NCBI GenBank assembly: GCA_041496385.1
Contig: JBGQEL010000005.1
Coordinates: 1-64,000, forward strand
Length of the DNA stretch: 64,000 nt
From: Candidatus Methylomirabilia bacterium
Lineage (GTDB): Bacteria; Methylomirabilota; Methylomirabilia; Rokubacteriales; CSP1-6
Reading direction: 5' to 3'
In this document: positions 29,440-38,633 of the stretch, one piece after another
Numbering within the stretch: position 1 is the stretch's first letter
How the letters are laid out: every line of letters starts with the position of its first letter
The notes under the pieces: model-generated
Seen by the model: only the letters and a program-made list of their open reading frames with translations
Databases searched by the model: none
Told to the model about the DNA's origin: nothing
Made by a program: the position numbers and the translations under genes

Positions 29440-29450
29440 CGCTTTCTTCC

Positions 29451-29831
29451 TCAGGATCGGCCGTGGAGCCCCACCGCGGCCTGGACGGCCTCGGCGATCC
29501 GCGAGAGCTCGAAGGGCTTCGTGATGCAGTTGAACGCCCCCTTCGCGAGCGCCTGCCCCGTGACCGCAATGTCCGAATTCGCGGTCACGATGATCACCGG
29601 GACGGACGGGTAGCCCGCGCGCAGCCGCTGGAGCACGTCGAAGCCGTTCATCCCGGGCATCTCGATGTCGAGGAGCACCACGTCGGGCGGATCGTGCTGG
29701 ATCAGCGTCAGGGCGTCGCCGCCGTGCTGGGCGAGGTCGACCTGGTAGCCCGCGCCCGCAAGGTAGTCGCGCAGCAGCGCGGTGATTCTCGGATCGTCGT
29801 CGACCACGAGCACGCGGCGCGGGCGGGTCAT
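29451..29831 (-). CDS. Stand-alone response regulator receiver protein
   Basis: VLVVDDD, DVVLLDIEMPGMNG, IIVTA, KPF. Confidence 0.92.
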   Translation of the reverse strand: MTRPRRVLVVDDDPRITALLRDYLAGAGYQVDLAQHGGDALTLIQHDPPDVVLLDIEMPGMNGFDVLQRLRAGYPSVPVIIVTANSDIAVTGQALAKGAFNCITKPFELSRIAEAVQAAVGLHGRS

Positions 29832-29898
29832 GCCGTCATGATACCTACAGTTCTGTACTAGCGGTAGCCGCTGTCCGCCGCCGGCGGCGGCGCGCGCG

Positions 29899-30072
29899 CT
29901 AGGCCTGCTCGAGCAGCTCGAGGTCCTCTTCGAGGTGCGCCGTGGGCCGACCCCGGATCCACTTCACCAGGACCCACCGCGCGTCCTCGTCGTCGAGGAT
30001 GTGGCGCACGATCCCCTGCTCGTCGGGATTCGCGCGGAGCCGGACGATGGCACCGACTTGGAGCTGAGCCAT
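29899..30072 (-). CDS. Small hypothetical protein (SH3/KOW-like beta barrel)
   Basis: MAQLQVGAIVRLRANP...VLVKW...EEDLELL. Confidence 0.6.
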   Translation of the reverse strand: MAQLQVGAIVRLRANPDEQGIVRHILDDEDARWVLVKWIRGRPTAHLEEDLELLEQA

Positions 30073-30230
30073 ACTCGAACAAGAGAAGCACAGGCGCGCC
30101 GGGAAAGTCAAAAGACGGGCATGGTCGCCACCACGCACGCCGAGGCCGAGTGATGATAAAGTTTCAGGACTCCGCGTCATTGCGGTGGTGCATTTCCGGA
30201 ATTATAGGCGGCATAAGGAGTCCCGACCGA

Positions 30231-30623
30231 ATGAAGGTCATCTGCTCGTGGTGCCGCAGCGAGGGCAAGCAAGGCTACCTCGGCGAGCGGGAGCCGCTCG
30301 ACGATCCCTCGTCGACGCATGGAGTCTGCGGGCGCCATCAGGAAGAGATCCTCGAGTCCCTACCCTCGCGATCGTTTCCGGAACTCGATCTCCTCATCGT
30401 GATCCATCCGAAGGAGTCGGACCTGTACGAGTACCTCCAGCGCGCCTTTGCGGGCGTGCGCGGCGTGAAGGTGATGATGGAGCGCCGTCAGGGTGATCGG
30501 CGGCGCGAAGGGCGCTCGCTTGGGGACGACCGCCGGCGCGAGCGGCGGCGGATCCGGCAGGGCCAGGCCTTCTCGCTCGGCTACACAGCCGTCCGCTTCA
30601 AGCGAAAGTCGACCGCGCGCTAG
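30231..30623 (+). CDS. Hypothetical protein with a CxxC...HGxCxxH metal-binding N-terminus and ERRxxDRR repeats
   Basis: AGGAG RBS, MKVICSWC...THGVCGRH...MERRQGDRRR...DRRRERRR. Confidence 0.75.
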   Translation: MKVICSWCRSEGKQGYLGEREPLDDPSSTHGVCGRHQEEILESLPSRSFPELDLLIVIHPKESDLYEYLQRAFAGVRGVKVMMERRQGDRRREGRSLGDDRRRERRRIRQGQAFSLGYTAVRFKRKSTAR

Positions 30624-30627
30624 CCCC

Positions 30628-32343
30628 TCAGGCGGGCAGGCGGTCGTACATGCCGTGCACGTCGGCCCCGTGGAAGCGCGCCACGTGGTTGGTCGGCGGC
30701 AGGGGCTCCTCGTAGAAGAACGCGGGCAGCTCGTCGTCCTTCTCGGTGAAGCCGGCGCGGCGGTTGAACTCCGCCTCCAGGCGCAGCGTCTCCCGGCCCA
30801 GCGCCTCGAAGAAGTCCTTGGTGAGGCTCGTGCCGTGCGCGGCGTTGAGCGCGGCGGTCAGAAACTCGGTATTGGGGTTGGTCACGCTCATGCCGAAGAT
30901 GCAGAGCCCCAGCGAGTCGTTGGCGGCCACGCGCGCCTGGTGGGCGAGGCTCTGCTCGACGATCGTGGCCGCGTCCATCTCGCGCGTCTTGAGGCGCGGC
31001 AGGTTTCCGGCGGTGTGGTCCGCGCCCTGCGCGGTGGCCATCATCGAGATGCCCGTCGCCTCGACCACGCGCGGATCGTAGGCGCTGATCGCCTGTTTCT
31101 TGATCACGGGGATGCGGCGCACCTTGTAGTGCTCGCCGACACGCGCCGTGCCCTGTGCCCAGAGGCGTCCCTTCTCCGTGCCCGCGCGGATCTCGGCCAG
31201 GCAGTCGGCCATGAACTTCACGTCGCCGAAGGCGCCCAGGCCCGCCTCCATGAGCACCGCCAGCATGGCGCCGAGCTCGATCGTGTCCACGCCGAGGTCG
31301 TTCGCGACGAAGTTGAGCTGGGCGAGCTGGTCCGGATCGCCGATCCCGCAGTTCGTGCCGAGCAGGCCGAGCGTCTCGTACTCGACCGGCGAGACCACTT
31401 CCTTGCCGGCCGCGTCGTGGTACACGTTGCTACACTGGATCACGCAGCCCGGCATGCAGGCGTGGGTGTGCTCGCCGCCGCGCGAGACGTTGAGCTGGCT
31501 GATGTACTCGCCGCCCATCTTGAACTTCTCGCCGGTGGAGACGTCGACGAGCCGGCCGGCGCTGAAGTTGCGGACCGGAAGGCCGCCCAGGGTGTTCTGG
31601 AGATCGGCCATGCCCATGGTGCCGATCTTCGCGTAGAAGTTCGTCACCAGCGAGTCGGCCAGCAGCATCTTCGCGTAGTCCTTGATGGCGGCGTTGACCT
31701 TCTTGGCGTCCTCGAACGGCGGAATCTTGTCCAGATCCACCACGACGGCCTTGACCTTCTTCGACCCCATCACCGCGCCCACGCCGCCGCGCGCCGACAG
31801 CCGCGCCGGGCGTCCGTCCTTGTCGCTGAAGGCGATGCCCGCGAGGAGTCCCTGGTACTCGCCCACGGGACCGCAGAGGGCGATCGTCACCTTCTTGCCG
31901 TAGCGGGCGTGCAGCATGCCCTGAGCCTCGAAATTGCCCTTGCCGAGATAGGGCGCCGCGTCGTCGAAATCGATGGCGCCGTCCTTCTTGAAGTGGATGA
32001 CCACCCAGCCCGCGGACGCGCCGTGCAGCGTGAACCCGGCGACCTTCTGCTGGCCCAGCCCGTAGCTGAACGTGCCCCCGCCGTTCGCCTCCTTGATGCC
32101 GCCGGTGAGCGGGCTCTTGCACCCGACGCTCGTCCGGTTCGCGTTGGACCAGCTGGTCCCGGCGAAGGGGCCGGCCGAGAAGACCAGCGGGTTCCGCGGG
32201 GACAGCGGATCGATCGTCGCCGCGCCCAGCTCCAGCAGCGTCTTGGCGATCAGATAGCGTCCGGCCTTGACGATCGCCTCGCCGGCCAGCTCGCGCTTTG
32301 CGATCGTGCGGTCGTTCAGGTCGATGTCGTAGTAGGTGCGCAT
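30628..32343 (-). CDS. Aldehyde:ferredoxin oxidoreductase (W/Mo pterin family)
   Basis: KSPLTGGIKEANGGG, ARGGVGAVMGSKKVKA, CMPGCVIQC, EYET, DLGVDTIE, DSLGLC. Confidence 0.92.
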   Translation of the reverse strand: MRTYYDIDLNDRTIAKRELAGEAIVKAGRYLIAKTLLELGAATIDPLSPRNPLVFSAGPFAGTSWSNANRTSVGCKSPLTGGIKEANGGGTFSYGLGQQKVAGFTLHGASAGWVVIHFKKDGAIDFDDAAPYLGKGNFEAQGMLHARYGKKVTIALCGPVGEYQGLLAGIAFSDKDGRPARLSARGGVGAVMGSKKVKAVVVDLDKIPPFEDAKKVNAAIKDYAKMLLADSLVTNFYAKIGTMGMADLQNTLGGLPVRNFSAGRLVDVSTGEKFKMGGEYISQLNVSRGGEHTHACMPGCVIQCSNVYHDAAGKEVVSPVEYETLGLLGTNCGIGDPDQLAQLNFVANDLGVDTIELGAMLAVLMEAGLGAFGDVKFMADCLAEIRAGTEKGRLWAQGTARVGEHYKVRRIPVIKKQAISAYDPRVVEATGISMMATAQGADHTAGNLPRLKTREMDAATIVEQSLAHQARVAANDSLGLCIFGMSVTNPNTEFLTAALNAAHGTSLTKDFFEALGRETLRLEAEFNRRAGFTEKDDELPAFFYEEPLPPTNHVARFHGADVHGMYDRLPA

Positions 32344-32476
32344 GGGGTGTCCTCCGGGCCTTGATCCTGCCACGCCGGCCCCCGACGGGTCAAAGCCGGA
32401 CGCGGGCCCGACCGAGGGTGTTGCAGACCGGGGGGGGGGTGGTTACGAGCTTGGGGGCGACGTCACGTGAGGCGCG

Positions 32477-32680
32477 TCACTCGTCGCCCCAGGGACGGGC
32501 GCGCTGCAGGGCCCGACGGCGCTTCTTACGGGCCTGCGCCTGCTTGCGCTTGCGCTTGACCGACGGCTTCTCGTAGTGCGCGCGACGCTTCATCTCCTGG
32601 AAGAGGCCGTCCTTCTGCATCTGCTTCTTCAACGTCTTGAGCGCCGCTTCGATCTGGTTGTCGAAGACCTCGACCTTCAT
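32477..32680 (-). CDS. rpsU: 30S ribosomal protein S21 (copy 2)
   Basis: IEAALKTLKKQMQKDGLFQEMKRRAHYEKPSVKRKRK. Confidence 0.93.
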   Translation of the reverse strand: MKVEVFDNQIEAALKTLKKQMQKDGLFQEMKRRAHYEKPSVKRKRKQAQARKKRRRALQRARPWGDE

Positions 32681-32896
32681 TTACCGGCTCCGCAGGTGCG
32701 ACGTCGAGCGATGGGTACGCACGGCAACCGAACGGTCCACGACGTTCATCTGCACGAGCCGCTTCGTCCCATGAGCCACGGCACTGGCGATCGTCGGAAA
32801 CGTCTCGCGCGACTCCTCGACGACCTCGCCGGCGTAGTTGACGATGCGCCAGCGCCAGCTGGGATCGTTGGGGGTGGAAAACGCGGCAACCTGCAT
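32681..32896 (-). CDS. Small hypothetical protein (DUF1508/YegP-like WRWRI motif)
   Basis: WRWRIVNYAGEVVEES. Packed tightly between the RRM gene and rpsU. Confidence 0.65.
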   Translation of the reverse strand: MQVAAFSTPNDPSWRWRIVNYAGEVVEESRETFPTIASAVAHGTKRLVQMNVVDRSVAVRTHRSTSHLRSR

Positions 32897-32908
32897 CCCT
32901 GGGCCCGT

Positions 32909-33238
32909 CTACCAGCGATTCCCGCCGCGACTGCTGCCCCGGAAGCCGCCCCCGCCGCCGCCCCCACCACCGCTGCGGCCGCCGCCCGAGCCCGAGGGCT
33001 TGGCCAGCTCGACCTTGAGCGTCCGGCCGTCGACTTCCTGGCCGTTGAACTTCTTGACCGCCGCGTCGGCTTCCTCGGCCGTGGACATCTCGACGAAGCC
33101 GAACCCGCGCGAGCGGCCCGTGTCGCGGTCCATCACCACCGCCGCCGATTCCACCGCGCCCGCCTGCGCGAAGAGCTCGCGCAGCCGCTCGGTGGACGTG
33201 GAGAACGACAGGCCTCCGATGAAGAGCTTGTGCGCCAT
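32909..33238 (-). CDS. RRM RNA-binding protein with glycine-rich tail
   Basis: RNP2 KLFIGGL, RNP1 RGFGFVEM, Gly-rich C-terminus. Confidence 0.95.
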   Translation of the reverse strand: MAHKLFIGGLSFSTSTERLRELFAQAGAVESAAVVMDRDTGRSRGFGFVEMSTAEEADAAVKKFNGQEVDGRTLKVELAKPSGSGGGRSGGGGGGGGGFRGSSRGGNRW

Positions 33239-33474
33239 CGCGAACCTCCGAATCAGCCGCCCGCTGTTGACGACACTCCCTGGAACGCGGAAGGGGCCAG
33301 GGTCGTGGTCTGGTGAGGACGAGGTCCACGATGAACCGGCTACCGGGCCAGACCGCGGTAGTATGGCACGTTTGCTTCCCGGGCGTCGCCCTGGTTTCGG
33401 GGTGGCGACGCGGCCGGGGTCGGGCCCGCTTGCGCGGCGCGTGAGTGACCGCCTACTATCGGCGAACGGGACCG

Positions 33475-34662
33475 ATGGGGAACATCAGCGACGACCGTGC
33501 CAGCGGGGGGTACCTGGAACGCGTCCGGGGGCTCGGGCCTCGGATCGAGGCCTGCGCCGACCAGATCGAACAGGAGCGGCGGCTGCCATCGGCGCTGCTC
33601 GACGCGCTCTTCGACGCGGGGCTGTTCCGTCTGCTCCTGCCCCGCTCCCTCGGCGGCGGCGAGCTCGATCCGGTCAGCTTCGTGCACGTCATCGAGGAGG
33701 TCGCCAAGCTCGACGCGAGCACCGCGTGGGTGCTCTGCCAGACCGCCGGGTGCTCGATGGTCGCGGCTTACCTGCGACCCGACGTGGCCGCCGAGATCTT
33801 CGGGAGCGATCCTCGCGGGGTCCTCGCCTGGGGCCCGGGGCCGGACGCGCGGGCCGTCGCGGTCGAGGGCGGCTACCGCGTGACCGGCACGTGGAGCTTC
33901 GCGAGCGGCGGGCGCCACGCCACCTGGCTCGGCGGCCAGTGCCCCATCTACGAGCCCGACGGGACGCCGCGCCGGCGCGACGGCAACGCCCTCGAACACC
34001 GCACGATGCTGTTCCCGGCGACGCGCGCCCGGATGATCGACGTCTGGCAGGTGATCGGACTCAGAGGGACGGGCAGTGACGCCTTCACCGTCTCGGACCT
34101 GTTCGTGCCGCACGAGCGGTCGGTCGCGCGAGACGACCCGGCGGAGCGACGCCACGCCGGCCTGCTCTATTGCTTCCCGACCGGGAGCCTCTACGCGTCC
34201 GGATTCGCGGGCGTCGCGCTCGGCATCGCCCGGAGCACGCTCGACGCGTTTGTCGGCCTGGCGCGGGAAAAGACGCCCCGCGGGTCAACGCGCACGCTCC
34301 GTGACAACGCGGTGGTCCAGTCGCAGCTGGCCCAGGCGGAGGCGCGGCTGCGCTCGGCCCGGCTGTTCCTGCTGGCCTCACTCGAGGAGATCTGGCGCGA
34401 GGTCGGACGCGTCGGGCGTCTGACGCTCGAGCAGCGCGTGCTCATCCGCCTGGCGGCGACCTACGCCATCCATCAGGCGAAGGAGGCCGCCGACTTCGCC
34501 TATCACGCCGCCGGCGCGACCGCCGTCTTCACGAGCAGCGCATTCGAGCGCCGCTTCCGCGACATCCATACCGTCACCCAGCAGCTCCAGGGTCGCCAGG
34601 CGCACTTCGAGACGGTCGGGCAACACCTGCTCGGGCTCGCGCCGGACACGTCGTTCCTCTAG
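33475..34662 (+). CDS. Acyl-CoA dehydrogenase-fold flavin-dependent hydroxylase (HsaA/DszC-like)
   Basis: VTGTWSFASG, WQVIGLRGTGS, FERRFRDIH. Confidence 0.88.
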   Translation: MGNISDDRASGGYLERVRGLGPRIEACADQIEQERRLPSALLDALFDAGLFRLLLPRSLGGGELDPVSFVHVIEEVAKLDASTAWVLCQTAGCSMVAAYLRPDVAAEIFGSDPRGVLAWGPGPDARAVAVEGGYRVTGTWSFASGGRHATWLGGQCPIYEPDGTPRRRDGNALEHRTMLFPATRARMIDVWQVIGLRGTGSDAFTVSDLFVPHERSVARDDPAERRHAGLLYCFPTGSLYASGFAGVALGIARSTLDAFVGLAREKTPRGSTRTLRDNAVVQSQLAQAEARLRSARLFLLASLEEIWREVGRVGRLTLEQRVLIRLAATYAIHQAKEAADFAYHAAGATAVFTSSAFERRFRDIHTVTQQLQGRQAHFETVGQHLLGLAPDTSFL

Positions 34663-34672
34663 GCACAGCACC

Positions 34673-36091
34673 TCACCGGTCCCCGGGTTCCTCGTCGGTC
34701 GACTTCCGGAGGTCGAGCATCGGCGGCAGGTTCGCCGACGTGTGCTCGAACATCTCCACGCGCGTGATCCGCGCCATCCGGCCCACGATGTCCCGGATGC
34801 GGCCGGCCGCCTCGACGATCCGCGCGATACGGGCACTCCCGGGGTTCTCGCGGCCGAGCAGCGTCACCTGGCCGAGGAGGACCGTCAGCGGATTGTTGAT
34901 CTCGTGGGCGGCGGCACCGGCGACGGCGGCGACCGCGCGGAGCGCCGCGGCCTCGCGCTCGGTCTCCGCGAGGCGCTTCTCGTCGGAGATATCCACGAGG
35001 ATGCCCTCCAGCAGGCCGGCATCGGTCGCGCGCAGGTTGACGCGGAGCCAGACGGGTGTCCCGTCGCGGCGCCGCCAGCACAGCTCCCGCCCGCTGGTCA
35101 TCCCTCCCGGCTCGAGACCCGACAGCACCGCCTTCCGGTCGTTCAGGTCCATGTAGAAATCCGCGACGTGGTGGGGCAGGACGCTCTCGCGCGACTCGTA
35201 GCCCATCAGACGGGCGAAGCTCTCGTTGCAGTCAACGACGGTGCCGTCCCGCCGCGTCCACAGCACGCCCGCGAGGTTTCGCTCGAAGAGCAGCCGGTAA
35301 CGCTCCTCGCTCTCCTGGAGCGCCTGCACCAGCGTCGCCAGCTCATCCTTCTGCCCGTGGAGGATGCGCGTCTGCGCCGCGACCTCCTCGGACAGGTGGG
35401 TGTGAAGCCGGTTGTGCCGGCGGGCGAGCACGTACGTGAGCCCGACCGCGACGGCCACGAACGCGACGTCGAAGACCGGCACGCTCTGGATCAGCCGCGC
35501 GGAGTGCAGAATGTCGTTCAGGCCGAAGCCGCCGTACCCGACGAAGCCCCATAGCAGCACCCTCCGTTCCGACCCGTCCAGAGCCGAGGTTCGCCAGACC
35601 AGGCGGAAGCAATAGACGAACACGATCAGCACGTAGAAGGCGACCAGGGGCAGGACGCGGCCGGGAACAGGCGCGAGGTACCGGTGGCCGAGGAGATCGG
35701 TCCGCACGTACGCCTCGTGGGTCACGAACGCGTCGCCGAACCAGAGCAGAAGCATCCCTGCGCCGGTCGCGGCGAGTAGGGTCGCCACGAGGCGACGCGC
35801 GAGGGGCTGCTGGACGATCGCGTGGGTGAGACCGACGGACAGGACCGCGAGCAGGAGCGCGCTCATCCAGGACAATCGCGCTCCCAGCATCGCCTGGCCG
35901 GCCACGTCGGTGGAGTGCTGGATGTAGCGGCTCACGAGATACAGGACCGTGTTGGCGCACCAGGCGACGACCCAAAGGTGCAGCGGCTCGCTTCGCCGTC
36001 CGAGCCAGAGCCAGAGGTGCTGGAGCGCCACGTACGCGGCGACACCCACGAGCGGGAGCAACCGGAGCTCCGCCGAGAGGTCGCCGATCAC
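34673..36091 (-). CDS. 7TM-PAS-HisKA sensor protein lacking an HATPase domain
   Basis: About seven N-terminal TM segments, PAS (YRLLFE...CNESFARLMGY...RRDG), H-box AHEINNPL. The protein ends about 60 aa later with no N/G boxes. Confidence 0.8.
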   Translation of the reverse strand: MIGDLSAELRLLPLVGVAAYVALQHLWLWLGRRSEPLHLWVVAWCANTVLYLVSRYIQHSTDVAGQAMLGARLSWMSALLLAVLSVGLTHAIVQQPLARRLVATLLAATGAGMLLLWFGDAFVTHEAYVRTDLLGHRYLAPVPGRVLPLVAFYVLIVFVYCFRLVWRTSALDGSERRVLLWGFVGYGGFGLNDILHSARLIQSVPVFDVAFVAVAVGLTYVLARRHNRLHTHLSEEVAAQTRILHGQKDELATLVQALQESEERYRLLFERNLAGVLWTRRDGTVVDCNESFARLMGYESRESVLPHHVADFYMDLNDRKAVLSGLEPGGMTSGRELCWRRRDGTPVWLRVNLRATDAGLLEGILVDISDEKRLAETEREAAALRAVAAVAGAAAHEINNPLTVLLGQVTLLGRENPGSARIARIVEAAGRIRDIVGRMARITRVEMFEHTSANLPPMLDLRKSTDEEPGDR

Positions 36092-36254
36092 GACCGGTCC
36101 AGAACCTCGCGCGTCTTGCGGAGCAGCGCCGCGGGCATGCAGAGAATTCGGAGATTCCGATGGGCGCGTCGGGCGCGCCGGACGGTCTTCCAGGTACGAC
36201 GAGTCTACAAGCCGCTCGAGAGGTGGTCAATCGCCCGGGGCGCCGAAACCGGGA

Positions 36255-36758
36255 CTAGACCTGCTTGAGCATCGACTCGGCGTCGCTCACCTCGAACTTG
36301 CCCGGCTGCTCGACGTTGAGCGCCTTCACCATCCCGTCGTCGACGAGCATCGAGTACCGCTGCGAGCGGACGCCCATGCCGCGGGCCGTCAGGTCCATGT
36401 CGAGCCCCAGGGCCTTGGCGAAGACGGCGCTGCCGTCGGCCATCATGCGGACCTTGCCCCCGCTCTTCTGATCCCGCCCCCAGGCGCCCATCACGAAGGC
36501 GTCGTTGACCGAGACGCACCAGATCTCGTCCACCTTCTTCGCCGTGAGCTTGTCGTGGTTCGCGACGTAGCCGGGCACGTGCTTGGCCGAGCACGTCGGG
36601 GTGAACGCGCCGGGCAGGCCGAAGATCACGATGCGCTTGCCCTTGGTGAGCGCCGAGACCTGGAAGTTGTTGGGGCCAATGGTGCATCCGGGGGTCTCCT
36701 GCTCGATCATCTCGGTCAGGGTCGCGTCGGGCAGCCTGTCGCCGACTCTGATCGCCAT
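36255..36758 (-). CDS. Peroxiredoxin (Prx5-like)
   Basis: GLPGAFTPTCSAKHVPG, SVNDAFVMGAW, RSQRYSM. Confidence 0.95.
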   Translation of the reverse strand: MAIRVGDRLPDATLTEMIEQETPGCTIGPNNFQVSALTKGKRIVIFGLPGAFTPTCSAKHVPGYVANHDKLTAKKVDEIWCVSVNDAFVMGAWGRDQKSGGKVRMMADGSAVFAKALGLDMDLTARGMGVRSQRYSMLVDDGMVKALNVEQPGKFEVSDAESMLKQV

Positions 36759-36769
36759 CTGCGTCCTCC

Positions 36770-38242
36770 TCATGAGCGTGGTGTGGGTATGACCGGATCG
36801 CGGGATCGGGCCGCTCGTGGGGCGGAGGATACCACGCCGGAGGTCCGCGTGACCGCCTCGCCGAGCAGCCCCCAGTACGGCAGCGCGACGAGCAGGATCG
36901 TCACGTACGCCACGAGCGTCATCCAGAGCCCGAAACGGAGGATCTCGCCCGCCGAGACGTGGCCGCGCTCGTGGATGACGAGCGAGGACGCGCTCTGCGC
37001 CGGGTAGTAGAGCACGGCGTCGCCGGTGATCATCACGACGAGCGCGCAGACCAGCGGGTTCAGACCGGCTTCGCGCCCCACCGACATCGCGATCGGCAGC
37101 GCCAGCGCCAGGAACCCCGAGATGTTCGGGATGAGCGCCCGGAGCAGCGTGGCGCCGAGCATGAGCAGCACGACGGTGCCGAGGGCGTGCCCGCCCAGCC
37201 CCGACAGCCCCCCGACGAGCCCGCGCGCGAGCCACGCCGCGGCGCCCGTCTCGCCGAGGGCCTGGGCGAGCGAGATCGAAGCGCCGATCACGAAGAAGTT
37301 CCCCCAGCCGACGCCGCGGTCGAGGTCGCTCCAGACAAGGGGTCCGAATCCCGGGATCAGGAGCGCCACGAGGGCGAGCAGCGCCGGGAGCGCCGGGTCG
37401 AGGTGATGGACCGCGTCCGTGAGCCAGAGGAGCGAGGCGCCGAGCACGACCGCGAGCGTGCGCCACTCGCGGGCAGCGAGCCGCCCGCGGCGCTCCGGGG
37501 GTGTCGCCGGCAGCACGCGGGCGAACTCACGGCGGTGGAGCGCCCACGTGAGCACGCCGCCCAGGACGAGGATCGCGTAGTACGGCACGGCCATGAGCGC
37601 GAACCACCCGGACCAGGACATGCCGCCGATGATCGCGGCGCTCATGACCGGGGTGATCCCGCCGGTGAGGAGCGCGGTCGAGGCGAGCCGGTTGATGGAC
37701 GCCAGCGCGAGCATGACCGCCTTGACGACGCCGGCGCCGCGGGGGACGCCCGCGAGCCCGAACACCTCCTCGTAGATGTGGACGAGGATGCCCGACCGCG
37801 TCGTCGCGGACGGCAGCAGCAGCGTCATGAGCGGCATCGCGAGCACGAGCTGGACGTAGACGCGCAGGGCCCGCCCGCGCGCATGCTCGAGGATGCGCCG
37901 GGCGACGCGCTCGGCCAGTCCGCTCTTCGCGACGGCGACACCCATCGCGAGGACGCCCACCAGGAAATACGGGACCGGGTTCGCGAAGCCGCCCAGGGCC
38001 TGACGGAAGCCGCCCGCGGCGCCCGTGAACGCGAGCAGAGCGACGCCGAGGAGCGCGGTGGCGCCGGAGTCGAGCACGCGCGTGGTCCAGAGGACGATCG
38101 TCAGCAACGTGACGAGGAGCGCCCGCTGGCCGCGCAGCGGGAGGCCGGCGAAGAGCGGTGGAAGAAGGAGACCGAGCACGAGCGGGCCGAGGCCGGCCGC
38201 GAGGAGCCACGGCGCGTGCAGACGGCGGGCCTCGGGTCCCAT
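36770..38242 (-). CDS. SLC13/DASS family anion permease
   Basis: KSGLAERVA, LPSATTR, multiple TM segments. Confidence 0.82.
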   Translation of the reverse strand: MGPEARRLHAPWLLAAGLGPLVLGLLLPPLFAGLPLRGQRALLVTLLTIVLWTTRVLDSGATALLGVALLAFTGAAGGFRQALGGFANPVPYFLVGVLAMGVAVAKSGLAERVARRILEHARGRALRVYVQLVLAMPLMTLLLPSATTRSGILVHIYEEVFGLAGVPRGAGVVKAVMLALASINRLASTALLTGGITPVMSAAIIGGMSWSGWFALMAVPYYAILVLGGVLTWALHRREFARVLPATPPERRGRLAAREWRTLAVVLGASLLWLTDAVHHLDPALPALLALVALLIPGFGPLVWSDLDRGVGWGNFFVIGASISLAQALGETGAAAWLARGLVGGLSGLGGHALGTVVLLMLGATLLRALIPNISGFLALALPIAMSVGREAGLNPLVCALVVMITGDAVLYYPAQSASSLVIHERGHVSAGEILRFGLWMTLVAYVTILLVALPYWGLLGEAVTRTSGVVSSAPRAARSRDPVIPTPRS

Positions 38243-38350
38243 CGGCGATGCGAGTGTACGTCGGCCGGGGCCGGTTCCGGAGAGATTGAGCCGGCAACGC
38301 CCGGACGCGCCCCAGTCCCGCGAGCGCGCCCGGGTGCCGCCCGGCCCTTG

Positions 38351-38593
38351 CTACATGCCCAGGGCCTTCAGCCCTTCTTGCGCCGCCTTCACGGACTCGG
38401 CGTGCTTGCCCTCGGCGTGGAGGGCGGCCGCCTCGGCGGCCTTCGCCTTGGCGTCGGCGGCGGCCGGGTCGAACCGGGTCGCCGTCTCATCCTCGATCTT
38501 CTTGATCAGGCTCGGGCACTGGAATGCCAGCGCCGGGCCTGCCGCGAACGCGACGAGCGTCACGAGCGCGGCGGACAGAACGAAACCTCGCAT
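38351..38593 (-). CDS. Small secreted hypothetical protein
   Basis: Signal peptide ending ALA, then FQCPSLIKKI...LHAEGKHAES. AGGAGG RBS. Confidence 0.8.
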   Translation of the reverse strand: MRGFVLSAALVTLVAFAAGPALAFQCPSLIKKIEDETATRFDPAAADAKAKAAEAAALHAEGKHAESVKAAQEGLKALGM

Positions 38594-38633
38594 CGGGTCA
38601 CCTCCTTTCGTCGGGATTCCCCGCGGCCCCGAC

